Origin: Thermodesulfobacteriota bacterium
Lineage (GTDB): Bacteria > Desulfobacterota > Binatia > Bin18
Direction of reading: 5' to 3'
Length of the DNA: 64,000 nt
Assembly: GCA_964291405.2 (NCBI GenBank)
Contig: OZ219926.1
Coordinates: 3,616,001 to 3,680,000 of the forward strand
Below the pieces are notes generated by a model. It worked only from the letters and a program-made list of their open reading frames with translations. It was not told the origin of the DNA and searched no databases. Positions 54,351 to 63,428 of this stretch are shown here, piece after piece (within the stretch, counting starts at the first letter, position 1; each line of letters begins with the position of its first letter). The translations under genes and the position numbers were made by a program.

Positions 54351-54983
54351 ATGACGACAAAACAGGTGAAACGCGGGCTGTGTGCCCTCGTCGCGGTGGC
54401 CGGGATGCTGGGTCTGGTGAGCCCCGCTGTCTGGGCGAACGATTTACCCAAGGCGGGCACATGGTCGCTCGGGATGCAGTCCGGCTATACCATCAGCGCG
54501 GACTCCGGGTCCCGGAAAATTGAAAAAGTTCCAGTGCATTTACGTATTGGCTATACGGCCTTTCAGGGTTCAAAATGGTTTCTGCCCAAAGGCTCGCTCG
54601 AAATCGCCACCGAGCCGTTTGGCTCCATAATAACCCAAAAATCACGGGGCCGGGGGCTTGAGCGCCACAGAGGCTCTTTTGAAGTCGGCCTGATGCTGCC
54701 GGTGCTGACCTATCATTTTGATCTCGGCATCCCGTTCTACCCCTATATCGAGGGCGGCCTGGGCGTCATGTATCACAACCTTCAGGGCTATGATCTCGGA
54801 GGTGGCCTCAATTTTGCCGAAATGGTGGGCGGTGGCGGCACGTATTTTATTGACGACAATCTGGCCATCAATTTCGGCTATCGTTTCCGACACGCCTCGA
54901 ATGCCAGCCTGTATGACGAAAACCGCGGCCTGAATACGCATACCTTTACGGCCGGTTTTTCGTATCTGCTGCCGGCCCAATAA
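54351..54983 (+). CDS. PagL-like acyloxyacyl hydrolase, outer-membrane beta-barrel
   Basis: Signal peptide; PYIEGGLG, NF..., YRFRHASNA.L...NRGLN. Confidence 0.8.
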   Translation: MTTKQVKRGLCALVAVAGMLGLVSPAVWANDLPKAGTWSLGMQSGYTISADSGSRKIEKVPVHLRIGYTAFQGSKWFLPKGSLEIATEPFGSIITQKSRGRGLERHRGSFEVGLMLPVLTYHFDLGIPFYPYIEGGLGVMYHNLQGYDLGGGLNFAEMVGGGGTYFIDDNLAINFGYRFRHASNASLYDENRGLNTHTFTAGFSYLLPAQ

Positions 54984-55008
54984 TGGCCAGCGCTGCGGAA
55001 AGAAACGC

Positions 55009-55596
55009 GTGATGGCGGAGCGAAAGAAAAAAAAGCCCAAGGACAGTGAGTGGTGGGTAGAGGAGCACAAAAGCCGTGAGCGGGCAAACCAGTCCGAACG
55101 GCAGGCTCCGGCTGGGGCCTCGTTTTTCAAAACCGTCGAGGATTACGACCAGGTCCAGGCCGAAAAGAATCTGACCGACCTGAATGCGCAACTGTTGGCC
55201 CAGGCCGACCCTGCGCCCGGCGCGTGGGGCTATGTATCCCTGCTTGAAAAAAAATCTTCTCAGCGTGAGATCGAGAAGATCAAACGCGCCATGCCCCTCC
55301 CGTCCAATCTGCGTGGAGCCATTGTGGACTCCGGTCTGTCTTTGCGTGCCATTGTGGCCGATACCCAGGAGCTGGGGCTCCTGATGGAGTTTAATTTTAT
55401 TCAGGAGGCCTCGTTCGACTGTTGGATCCGTAACGAATGGGTGAGCGAACAAGTCTTTCGGGGTAAAAACGAACTGCTCAAGCGTTCCGAGCGACTCCTC
55501 AAGCGCTATCTGCGCCGTGCGTCGCAGGCGGGCGAGGAATTCTTTGACGCCCCTAGTCCGAGTGGGGCTTTACCGCCGGCGCGGACCGAGTGGTAA
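55009..55596 (+). CDS. Hypothetical protein
   Basis: ORF fills the gap between co-oriented genes; no motif recognised. Confidence 0.65.
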   Translation: MMAERKKKKPKDSEWWVEEHKSRERANQSERQAPAGASFFKTVEDYDQVQAEKNLTDLNAQLLAQADPAPGAWGYVSLLEKKSSQREIEKIKRAMPLPSNLRGAIVDSGLSLRAIVADTQELGLLMEFNFIQEASFDCWIRNEWVSEQVFRGKNELLKRSERLLKRYLRRASQAGEEFFDAPSPSGALPPARTEW

Positions 55597-55649
55597 CCGC
55601 TGGGTGCTGACACGACACACAGAAAAACCGCACTCCCAAGGAGGAAGCC

Positions 55650-56492
55650 ATGCCGAGTACTGCATCCCGCCTGCGTGCCATGCTCAACGGCCCGGAGATG
55701 GTTGTTGCGCCGTTCATCTTTGACGCGTTTCAGGCCAAGATTGCCCAAGCCGCCGGGTTTGAGACCGTGTATATGACCGGATTCGGGACGGCAGCCTCGC
55801 GCGGATTTCCCGATGTGGGGCTGCTGACCATGGCCGAGATGGTCGAGAACGTGCGCGCCATTGCAGGCGCTATTGATATTCCGCTGGTGTGCGATGCGGA
55901 CACCGGCTATGGCAACCCGGTGAATGTGTACCGGACCGTCCGCGAATATGAAGTGGCCGGTGCGGCGGCGCTGCACATGGAAGACCAGGTGTGGCCCAAG
56001 CGGTGTGGATTTTTATCCGGGAAGCAGGTCATCCCCATGGCCGATATGATCCCGAAAGTCAAAGCTGCGTGCGATGCCCGACGCAGTCAGGACTTCGTGA
56101 TTATTGCCCGCACCGATGCCTTGGCGGTCAATGGCTGGGACGATGTTGTCCAGCGTGCCAGGGCGTATAGAGAGGCGGGCGCCGATCTCATCTTTGTGGA
56201 CGGGATTAAAACGCACGACGATATCAAGCGCTACGTCCAGGAACTTGGCGATCTGCCGCTGCTGTACAACGGGCAACTGCTGCCCGTACAGGAACTCGCC
56301 AAATACGGCTTCAAGCTGACGATTTATTCCGCAACCCTGATGGCCGCCTACATCCGCATGCGCGACGCCATGCAGGAACTCAAAACTACGGGCCGTATTG
56401 TGCAGGACGCCGGCTGGGAGTCGTTTGAGGAGCTGACGGCACTGCTCGGTGTGCCGGAAGCCATGGAGCTGGGGAGAAAGTACGAGCAGTAG
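55650..56492 (+). CDS. Isocitrate lyase/PEP mutase family (methylisocitrate/dimethylmalate lyase-like)
   Basis: DADTGYG, EDQ..PKRCG, IARTDA. Confidence 0.92.
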   Translation: MPSTASRLRAMLNGPEMVVAPFIFDAFQAKIAQAAGFETVYMTGFGTAASRGFPDVGLLTMAEMVENVRAIAGAIDIPLVCDADTGYGNPVNVYRTVREYEVAGAAALHMEDQVWPKRCGFLSGKQVIPMADMIPKVKAACDARRSQDFVIIARTDALAVNGWDDVVQRARAYREAGADLIFVDGIKTHDDIKRYVQELGDLPLLYNGQLLPVQELAKYGFKLTIYSATLMAAYIRMRDAMQELKTTGRIVQDAGWESFEELTALLGVPEAMELGRKYEQ

Positions 56493-56513
56493 CGCTCATC
56501 TTCGGAGAGGGAT

Positions 56514-56621
56514 AATCCCTTCCTTGGAGGGGTGGCCGAAGGCCGGGGTGGGTTTCCCCCATGCACGGTCCGGCCGCAGAACCCACCCCACCGCTACGCG
56601 GCATCCCTCCCAAGAGGGGAT
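56514..56621. repeat. Inverted REP doublet between convergent genes
   Basis: CCCTTCCTTGGAGGGGTGGCCGAAGGCCGGGGTGGGTT / AACCCACCCC...CCCTCCCAAGAGGGG. Confidence 0.82.
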
Positions 56622-56645
56622 AGGACTGCAATTTTTTCTGTGAGC

Positions 56646-57491
56646 TTAGCCCACCCGCTGAAAACCGAACAGCGACAGCCGCCGGTGGGTCCTGCCGGCT
56701 GGCTTTGCCTTGGAAACCACCTGCTTGAGAGTTACTGAAAAGTTCTCAAGGTCCACGTGCTTCCGCTCCTCAAACTCTTCAAGCTCACGCTGCCGTTTTG
56801 CTTGAAACGCCTCGAAGTCGCTGACCCACTGCGCGTGGAAGCTGTCCAGGGCGGTGGCGACATCCTTGAACATGGAGGAATTGACCACGAGCGAACCGCC
56901 ACAGTGGGTACAGTAGAAGACGATGCCAATCCGAAAATGCCGAAACGGTGCGCTGAATTCTCCGTCGCAACGATGACAGTTAATCGGCACTTCCCATTCG
57001 TCTACGCTCGGAATGGAGAGCGAGACAGAGTCTGCAACCGGGGCCGGTGCGGGGGCAGCGGCTGGGGCGGGTTGTGGAGCCGGTGCTGGAGCGGGTTGCA
57101 CCGCCGGGGCGGCTTCAGCCCCTGGAGCCTCAGCCGGAGCCGGAGCAGCCTCTCCCCCTTCGCCCTTAAAACGAGAGGGGAAATCATCTCCAAACGTCTC
57201 CTCGGGATGGAGCTCCTTGGCCCGGGCCAGTAACACCTCTTCCGTCTCGACGATGTCTGGGTTCGGGATACAGCAGTCAACCGGACACACCGCCGCACAC
57301 GCTTCTTCGTCGAAAAAGCCCACACACTCCGTACATTTATCCGGGACGATATAAAAGATGTCCTCATCAATGGCGGGATTGGTGGCGCCGTTCAATTCCC
57401 ATTCCACCCCGCCTTGATAGATGGCGGTATTGGGACACTCGGGCTCACACGCCCCACAGTTAATACAGTCCTCGGTGATCATCGTCGCCAT
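56646..57491 (-). CDS. YfhL-type 2[4Fe-4S] ferredoxin fused to Pro/Ala linker, zinc ribbon and coiled coil
   Basis: CINCGACEPECP, CTECVG...CAAVCPVDC; CHRC...CTHC. Confidence 0.88.
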   Translation of the reverse strand: MATMITEDCINCGACEPECPNTAIYQGGVEWELNGATNPAIDEDIFYIVPDKCTECVGFFDEEACAAVCPVDCCIPNPDIVETEEVLLARAKELHPEETFGDDFPSRFKGEGGEAAPAPAEAPGAEAAPAVQPAPAPAPQPAPAAAPAPAPVADSVSLSIPSVDEWEVPINCHRCDGEFSAPFRHFRIGIVFYCTHCGGSLVVNSSMFKDVATALDSFHAQWVSDFEAFQAKRQRELEEFEERKHVDLENFSVTLKQVVSKAKPAGRTHRRLSLFGFQRVG

Positions 57492-57773
57492 TGCCGGTCA
57501 CTCCCTTTGCCCGTCCGCTCTTGCTGGCGTCGGTTTCAGTAGGGGTAGCGACCAGTCAGGCAGCTGTCAATAACCCTGATCCTGACCCGGATAGCGGCAA
57601 GCCCCTCTCTTTAGGTGACCGTCCTTCTTATCCCCTTCAAGGAGGGGAAGTCGTACTTTCCAAATTTCTATGCCTCTCCCGGCCGTCCCGCCTTGCAAAC
57701 CGGAGGGACACAACGGATAATATCACTCACGGTTTGAACCTCGGATTATCAAGAAATAGACTGCACCGCTGCC

Positions 57774-58835
57774 ATGAATCCTGCCTTTGTTCCTCGTTTG
57801 ATAAACGGGCCGTTTGGCGACCCTGGGCTGTATATTCAACTGCGCTGGGAAGGCCGGGCCGTCTTGTTCGACCTCGGTCAGAACGACAGCTTCCCCGCCG
57901 GAGACCTGTGCCGGGTCAGCCACGTATGTGTCTCGCACTGCCATATGGATCACTTCATTGGGTTCGACCGGCTGCTGCGCGTGTTTCTGGGTCGGGACCA
58001 GACCCTGTGGCTGTGTGGGCCACCCGGTATCCTGGACTGTGTTGAGGGCAAACTGCGCGGCTACACCTGGAATCTGGTGGACGGTTATGGGTTCTCGCTT
58101 GAGGTGGCAGAGGTCTGGCCGGATTCAATAAAGCGGGCCGTCTTTCAGGCGGCGGGCGGTTTTCAGCGTGAGGCGCTGCCTGAAAAGCCCTTCCACGGGC
58201 TGGTCGTGGATGAACCGGCATTCTGCATCCGTGCGACCCATCTCGACCACCGCATCTACTCTCTGGCGTTTGCGCTGGAAGAGAAGAGCCATCTGAATGT
58301 GGATACCACCTACTTGGCGCGGCTGGGCGTCCCTCCTGGGCCGTGGCTGTCTGCGCTCAAGAACGCCCTACGCGGGGGAGAGCAGGATAGCGCCGTGGTC
58401 ACGGCCACGTGGCAGGAAAACGGGCAGGACCGTTCCCGGGACTTCAGCCTGGGCGAGGTGCGGGGCTCGCTGGTCAAGGAAACACAAGGACAGAAATTTG
58501 CCTATGTGGTGGATACGCTCTTCAGCCCGGAGAACGTGAAACGCATCGCGGCCCTGGCCCAGGACGCGGATGTCTTCTTTTGTGAATCTCCATTTCTGGA
58601 TTCCGACGAAGATCAAGCCACCAAGCGTTATCATCTCACCGCCAAACAGGCCGGCCTCCTTGGCCGCTCCGCTCGCGTGCGGGAACTGCGAGTCTTTCAC
58701 TTTTCGCCGCGCTACGCTGGCCGAGCCGAGGAATTATACCGTGAGGCCCAGGCGTCTTTTTATAGCGAGTCTCTCCAGGCTGCTCCGCAAGCTGAGCAGA
58801 ACGAGACCGCTGCGCTGACCCCGGCAGGAAGGTGA
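57774..58835 (+). CDS. Ribonuclease Z-like MBL-fold protein
   Basis: NGPFGDPGLY, SHCHMDHFIG, LDH, HLTA.QAG, FHFSPRY. Confidence 0.88.
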   Translation: MNPAFVPRLINGPFGDPGLYIQLRWEGRAVLFDLGQNDSFPAGDLCRVSHVCVSHCHMDHFIGFDRLLRVFLGRDQTLWLCGPPGILDCVEGKLRGYTWNLVDGYGFSLEVAEVWPDSIKRAVFQAAGGFQREALPEKPFHGLVVDEPAFCIRATHLDHRIYSLAFALEEKSHLNVDTTYLARLGVPPGPWLSALKNALRGGEQDSAVVTATWQENGQDRSRDFSLGEVRGSLVKETQGQKFAYVVDTLFSPENVKRIAALAQDADVFFCESPFLDSDEDQATKRYHLTAKQAGLLGRSARVRELRVFHFSPRYAGRAEELYREAQASFYSESLQAAPQAEQNETAALTPAGR

Positions 58836-58844
58836 GTCCGCCGT

Positions 58845-59288
58845 ATGCCCGTCGTGATTTCAGAGCCCGTTCAGCGTTTCATCAATGACCACGTGGTTGC
58901 CCGCCTGGCGACCGCCGATGCCGCGGGCCAGCCGCACGTGATTCCGTTCTGTTATGCGTTTGATGGCCAGCATGTTTATTTTGTGGTGGACCAAAAGCCC
59001 AAGCGCCAAACGGGCAAACCCCTCAAGCGCATCCGCAATATGCTGGAAAACCCGCAGGCGGCCATCGTGATTGACGACTATGACGACGACTGGACCCAGC
59101 TCGCCTATGTCCTCATAACCGGCACGACCGCGCTGGTGGATGATGAAACCGAATATACCCGCATACTGATCCGGCTGCGCGAACGCTATCCTCAGTATCG
59201 CGCCATGGACCTGACCTTCGCTGATAACGCCATGGTCCGCATCTCGCCCACCAAGGTGCATGCCTGGGGAAAAATCGAGCAAGACTGA
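58845..59288 (+). CDS. PPOX-class probable F420-dependent enzyme (Rv0121-like)
   Basis: VARLATAD..GQPH, D.KPK....LKR.RN...NP, D.YDDDW. Confidence 0.88.
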   Translation: MPVVISEPVQRFINDHVVARLATADAAGQPHVIPFCYAFDGQHVYFVVDQKPKRQTGKPLKRIRNMLENPQAAIVIDDYDDDWTQLAYVLITGTTALVDDETEYTRILIRLRERYPQYRAMDLTFADNAMVRISPTKVHAWGKIEQD

Positions 59289-59312
59289 GCGCGTCTCGGA
59301 CCGATGTCCCGC

Positions 59313-60509
59313 TTAGAGACGCCCCGGCACCTGTTGCATGACCGACACGGCGCGCTCAATCTCTTCCGAAGAAATCACGAGCGGTGGGGCCAGGCGGACA
59401 ACCGTGTCTTCGTGCAGGGTCCAGCCCAGGACGAGACCCTGGGCAAAGCAGTCCTGAACAAACTGCTGGGTCAGTTGCGGGGTAGGGAAGTCCAGGCCGA
59501 TCAGCAAGCCCCGTCCCCGCACGGCAGTACACCGGCCGGTCTCGACCAGGGTTTCCAGCCTTCGACGGAACTCCATTCCTCTATCCTGGGCCTGCTGTAC
59601 GAGGCCGTCCTGAAGCAGCACGTCGAGTGCGGCCAGCCCTGCGGCGCAGCACACCGGATGCCCGCCAAAGGTCGTGACATGGGCGAGGGCCGGGTCGTGC
59701 GACAGGGTCTCCATAATCTGTGGGGTGCTGATAAACGCCCCGAGGGGCATACCGCCGCCCAGGGCTTTGGCCACCACCAGGATGTCGGGTGTCACCTGCC
59801 AGTGCTCGCTGGCGAACAGCCTGCCGGTCCGCCCGAAGCCGGTAATCACCTCATCAAAAATAAGCAGGGCGCCGACCTCGGAACAGCGCTGCCGGAGCGC
59901 CGGCAGATAGTCGTCGTCCGGGATACGGACGCCACCTTCGCCCTGGATAGGTTCGATAATGACCGCGGCGACGGTCTCGTCGATGGCGTGCAAGGCCGCG
60001 CGGTCGTTAAAGGGCAGAAAGGTCGTGTGTGGCAGCAGGGGTTCAAACGGGTCGCGATAGACCGGATTACCCCCGACCGACACGGAACCGAATGTGTCGC
60101 CGTGAAAGCTGCCGACAAAACTGACAAAACCGGAGCGACCGGTATACTTCCGGGCGGTCTTGAGCGCGCCCTCGACCGCCTCCGTGCCACTATTGGTGAA
60201 ATAGGTCACCGACAACGCGCCGGGAGCCAGTTTGGCCAGTCGGCGCGCCAAATCGACCTGGGGCTGCTGGATATATTCACCGTAGACCATGGCGTGCAGA
60301 TATTGCTCAGCCTGGGCCTGAACGGCCCGGACCACAGCCGGATGGGTATGGCCGATGCCGGTTACGCCAATGCCGGACAGCAGGTCGAGATATTCCCTGC
60401 CACTGGTGTCTGTCACAACGCAGCCGCGCGACCGTGCGACTTCCACGCCCATGGGCGCAGGCGAGGTTTGACTTACATAGCGCAGAAAATCGTCGCGAAG
60501 AGAAGCCAT
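59313..60509 (-). CDS. Class III PLP-dependent aminotransferase (ArgD-like)
   Basis: NSGTEAVE, SFHG, EPIQGEGG, DEVITGFGRTG, AKALGGG; start moved to 60509. Confidence 0.92.
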   Translation of the reverse strand: MASLRDDFLRYVSQTSPAPMGVEVARSRGCVVTDTSGREYLDLLSGIGVTGIGHTHPAVVRAVQAQAEQYLHAMVYGEYIQQPQVDLARRLAKLAPGALSVTYFTNSGTEAVEGALKTARKYTGRSGFVSFVGSFHGDTFGSVSVGGNPVYRDPFEPLLPHTTFLPFNDRAALHAIDETVAAVIIEPIQGEGGVRIPDDDYLPALRQRCSEVGALLIFDEVITGFGRTGRLFASEHWQVTPDILVVAKALGGGMPLGAFISTPQIMETLSHDPALAHVTTFGGHPVCCAAGLAALDVLLQDGLVQQAQDRGMEFRRRLETLVETGRCTAVRGRGLLIGLDFPTPQLTQQFVQDCFAQGLVLGWTLHEDTVVRLAPPLVISSEEIERAVSVMQQVPGRL

Positions 60510-60618
60510 AACCGGCAGCATACGTGAGGGAGGTTCGCCCGGCAAGAAATGGACCCTTGACCCTGACCGATAAATTGGTAGCGTGCGCCCTGGGCATATC
60601 AAGGAGGGCAAGGAGGGA

Positions 60619-61713
60619 ATGATGGCCAGGAAGAAAGTTTTAGTTGCGGGTGCCTCCGGTCTGGTTGGGTTTGCGGCCGTGCGCCACTTTGCCAGCCTGG
60701 ACGAATGGGATGTTGTGGGCGTGTCACGCCGCATTCCCGACGGCCTTGAGGGGGCTGCGCTCATATCCGTTGACCTGCAAGACCAGGCCCGTTGCGCCGA
60801 GGTCTTCGGCCAGATGCACGATGTGACCCATGTGGTCTATACCGCGCTGTACGAAAAGCCCGGTGTGGTCCAGGGCTGGCGTGAGCGGGACCAGATGGAA
60901 ACAAATCTGAGGATGCTGAAAAATCTGTTTGAGCCGCTCAAGGCCGCGGCAACCCAGCTCCAGCACGTGTCGCTGTTGCAGGGCACCAAAGCCTACGGCG
61001 CGCATATCGAACCGTTTCCCGCTCCGGCGCGCGAACGCTGGCCACGCCATCAGCACGAGAACTTTTATTTTCTGCAAGAAGACTATCTGCGCGAGCAGCA
61101 GCAGGGCAAGGACTGGCACTGGTCAATCTTCCGGCCTCAGCTCATTTTTGGTGAAGCGCTCAAGGGCAACCTCAACGTGCTGCCCGCCATTTGCGTATAC
61201 GCCGCACTCCGCAAAGAAGCCGGTCTGCCACTCTCATTTCCCGGCGGCCCGTCCTACGTCTTTGAGGCGGTGGACGCCGACCTGCTGGCGCGCTCCTTGG
61301 CCTGGGCTGCCACCAGCCCGAACGCGCGCAACGAGACGTTTAACAGCACCAATGGCGATGTGTTTGTGTGGCAAAACGTCTGGCCGACGATTGCCGATGC
61401 CCTGGGCATGGAAGTCGGTCCGCCCGAGCCGCTATGTCTCACGGAAGAGATGCCCAAGCGCGACGCCGAATGGGCCGCGATTGTCGATAGGTATCAGCTC
61501 AAGGCTCCACGAAAAATGCTGGACTTTGTGGGCGGCTCGTTCGAGCTGACCGACCTGTCTTTTGCCTACGGTGCCTCAGAGCCGCCACCGCCCATCGTCG
61601 TCAGTACGATCAAGATTCGGCAGGCCGGTTTCCACGAGTGTATGGATACGGAGGATATGTTCCGGGACCTGATTAAGCGCTACCAGGATTTGGGCTGGAT
61701 ACCGCCGGTGTAG
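60619..61713 (+). CDS. PRISE-family SDR (progesterone 5beta-reductase/iridoid synthase-like)
   Basis: GASGLVG, GVSRR, DVTHVVY, N..ML, GTKAY, NFY..QED, WS..RP..IFG, DADLLA. Confidence 0.85.
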   Translation: MMARKKVLVAGASGLVGFAAVRHFASLDEWDVVGVSRRIPDGLEGAALISVDLQDQARCAEVFGQMHDVTHVVYTALYEKPGVVQGWRERDQMETNLRMLKNLFEPLKAAATQLQHVSLLQGTKAYGAHIEPFPAPARERWPRHQHENFYFLQEDYLREQQQGKDWHWSIFRPQLIFGEALKGNLNVLPAICVYAALRKEAGLPLSFPGGPSYVFEAVDADLLARSLAWAATSPNARNETFNSTNGDVFVWQNVWPTIADALGMEVGPPEPLCLTEEMPKRDAEWAAIVDRYQLKAPRKMLDFVGGSFELTDLSFAYGASEPPPPIVVSTIKIRQAGFHECMDTEDMFRDLIKRYQDLGWIPPV

Positions 61714-61747
61714 ACGAGCGAGTGTCACTGAGTGTTTTGTCTCTGAT

Positions 61748-61838
61748 CCCCTCTCCTTTTGGGAGAGGGGCAGGGTGGGGGAAAAAGGGCCCCCAACCGT
61801 CAAAAAAGTTAATTTGCATCACACGTCCAAGGAGGGGA
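61748..61838. repeat. REP hairpin plus solo MITE terminal repeat (61810-61826) abutting a REP half
   Basis: CCCCTCTCC-TTTT-GGGAGAGGGG; TAATTTGCATCACACGT|CCAAGGAGGGG. Confidence 0.7.
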
Positions 61839-61874
61839 TTTTCTGCTCCTTCCCTATTATCCGAAACCTCCACC

Positions 61875-62081
61875 TCACTCTGTCATGACTATTTCCGCTG
61901 GATGTAAGGATATATATTCCCGCACTTCTAACTGCATGCGGTCGATTTCGGCTAAAAAGCCAGACGCCGAGGCGTGGTAATTTGTCGGATTCGTTTCTAC
62001 TTGACGTAGACGGGCAAGCTGATCTTCAAAACACGCAATCCGCTCACGAGTGATTTGCAATTCTTGATCGTTTTGTATCAT
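61875..62081 (-). CDS. Small helical protein, probable orphan antitoxin
   Basis: MIQNDQEL..T.ERI..F...L..LR...EI..MQ.EV.EY pattern. Confidence 0.65.
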   Translation of the reverse strand: MIQNDQELQITRERIACFEDQLARLRQVETNPTNYHASASGFLAEIDRMQLEVREYISLHPAEIVMTE

Positions 62082-62187
62082 TGTGACTCTCCAGTAATCT
62101 CAACAATACCTCTTTGTCCACCAGTGTGTTGATTCTCACTTAATCGTTGCTATACCATCGAGACACCGGTTGAGAGGACTAGGAAAA

Positions 62188-62415
62188 ATGTCGGAACTTG
62201 AGGTAGCCAAAGAGCAAATTGCCTACCTCAAGCTTTGGCTCGGCATCATGGTTGTCACCGATATCAGTCTAATTGGTTGGTTTATCGGGAACTATGGGCA
62301 GGCCTCAGTAAGCCTTTTGACTATGGATCTTGTAGCTGTCGCTGTAGTGAGTGCTGGAATTGCTAGACTTCATCTTCGGATTGATAGTCGGATCAAAGAT
62401 TTGAAAGGACTCTAA
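62188..62415 (+). CDS. Small two-TM membrane protein
   Basis: KEQI.YLK.WLGI.V...ISLIGW...I..L..L; AGGA RBS. Confidence 0.75.
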   Translation: MSELEVAKEQIAYLKLWLGIMVVTDISLIGWFIGNYGQASVSLLTMDLVAVAVVSAGIARLHLRIDSRIKDLKGL

Positions 62416-62417
62416 CT

Positions 62418-62504
62418 ATGGAATACGTAGCTGCCTTTCTCTTAATCGCCGTCCCCTCCCTATTTGTCTATCTTGCATTTGATGCGGCGCGACGCTCCAA
62501 GTAG
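62418..62504 (+). CDS. 28-aa single-TM peptide (below ORF-track cutoff)
   Basis: MEYVAAFLLIAVPSLFVYLAFDAARRSK*; AAAGGA 8 nt upstream; starts 2 nt after the preceding stop. Confidence 0.55.
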   Translation: MEYVAAFLLIAVPSLFVYLAFDAARRSK

Positions 62505-62524
62505 ATAAGGTGAAGGCATTTCTT

Positions 62525-63298
62525 CTAGCCAGTGTCAAGAAGGTCCACAGCGTCTTTCTTTTGTCTATTTTGTCTGATCGCTTTCTTACGCTTTAACTCC
62601 TGGGCTTTTTCAGGAATTTCATATAATGCATCTAGTGTGTGTTCTATGATCTCAATTGCTAGGGTCAATTCCTCTGACGAGGGCTGACTCAATTTGTGAA
62701 CTGCCTCATTGCCCAGAAATCTGTGCTCATGAAGAATCTCTGAATTTTCTCTGGTTAGGATACCTTTTTCACAAAGACCGGATATTTTTCCTTGGAGATT
62801 CTCTTTTCGTTCGACTTTAGATGAGCCGTCCTTTTTATTTGCAGTTATTGGTCCATCTGTAATCTCCTGATCTTCACATATACCTTCGACTATTGATCTT
62901 AGCCCCGCAGCACACAGCGTATAAACTTCATTATTAAAAGACTCAATCGTTTCGCGGTATATTCTTCGGAGTGAGGGTGGCGCGTTAAAGTAGTTTTTCG
63001 TAGAGCGGCTATTCTCTGATCTTTTTGGATAGAGCTTTTCCGTGGGGCCGTCCCAGTCCTCAGAAAACCAATCAAGCTGCCTAAATGAAATCGTTTCACA
63101 TCCCTGACATTGAATAATTTGGTAATGATTAGCCCAATCTATAGATATGTCGTGTTGTTGATCGAGCAATTCTGAACCTGAAGTATCTACGGATTGAAGG
63201 ACAAGATGCCTCGTATTGCGGTTGCACGCAGTGCACTGAACCTTGAGAGCTCTCCCTTTGGTTTTATTTTCCTCTGTTTGTTCTTTGATTTCGCCCAT
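62525..63298 (-). CDS. DUF4145-domain (HEPN-like) protein with N-terminal zinc finger
   Basis: AT-rich; CTAC..H, CQGC; LRSIVEGIC; RFLGNEAVH (R..GN...H). Confidence 0.85.
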   Translation of the reverse strand: MGEIKEQTEENKTKGRALKVQCTACNRNTRHLVLQSVDTSGSELLDQQHDISIDWANHYQIIQCQGCETISFRQLDWFSEDWDGPTEKLYPKRSENSRSTKNYFNAPPSLRRIYRETIESFNNEVYTLCAAGLRSIVEGICEDQEITDGPITANKKDGSSKVERKENLQGKISGLCEKGILTRENSEILHEHRFLGNEAVHKLSQPSSEELTLAIEIIEHTLDALYEIPEKAQELKRKKAIRQNRQKKDAVDLLDTG

Positions 63299-63428
63299 TT
63301 TGATTTCCTATAAGATACAGCTTTAATTGTACGGCCTGTGACGTATATACAGCTAAAAGTTTTTCTTACTCACCGCCCTGATTCTAATCCTACAGAGAGA
63401 TATGGGTAGACCTCCTATACTCTATAAT

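Noticed and set aside
59304-60527. 407-aa plus-strand ORF
   Set aside because: Antisense shadow of the class III aminotransferase, which has clear motifs.
63336-63352. LexA (SOS) box upstream of the DUF4145 gene
   Set aside because: CTG and CAG are separated by 11 nt, not 10. It might be an IS-end remnant, but that cannot be supported from this window.
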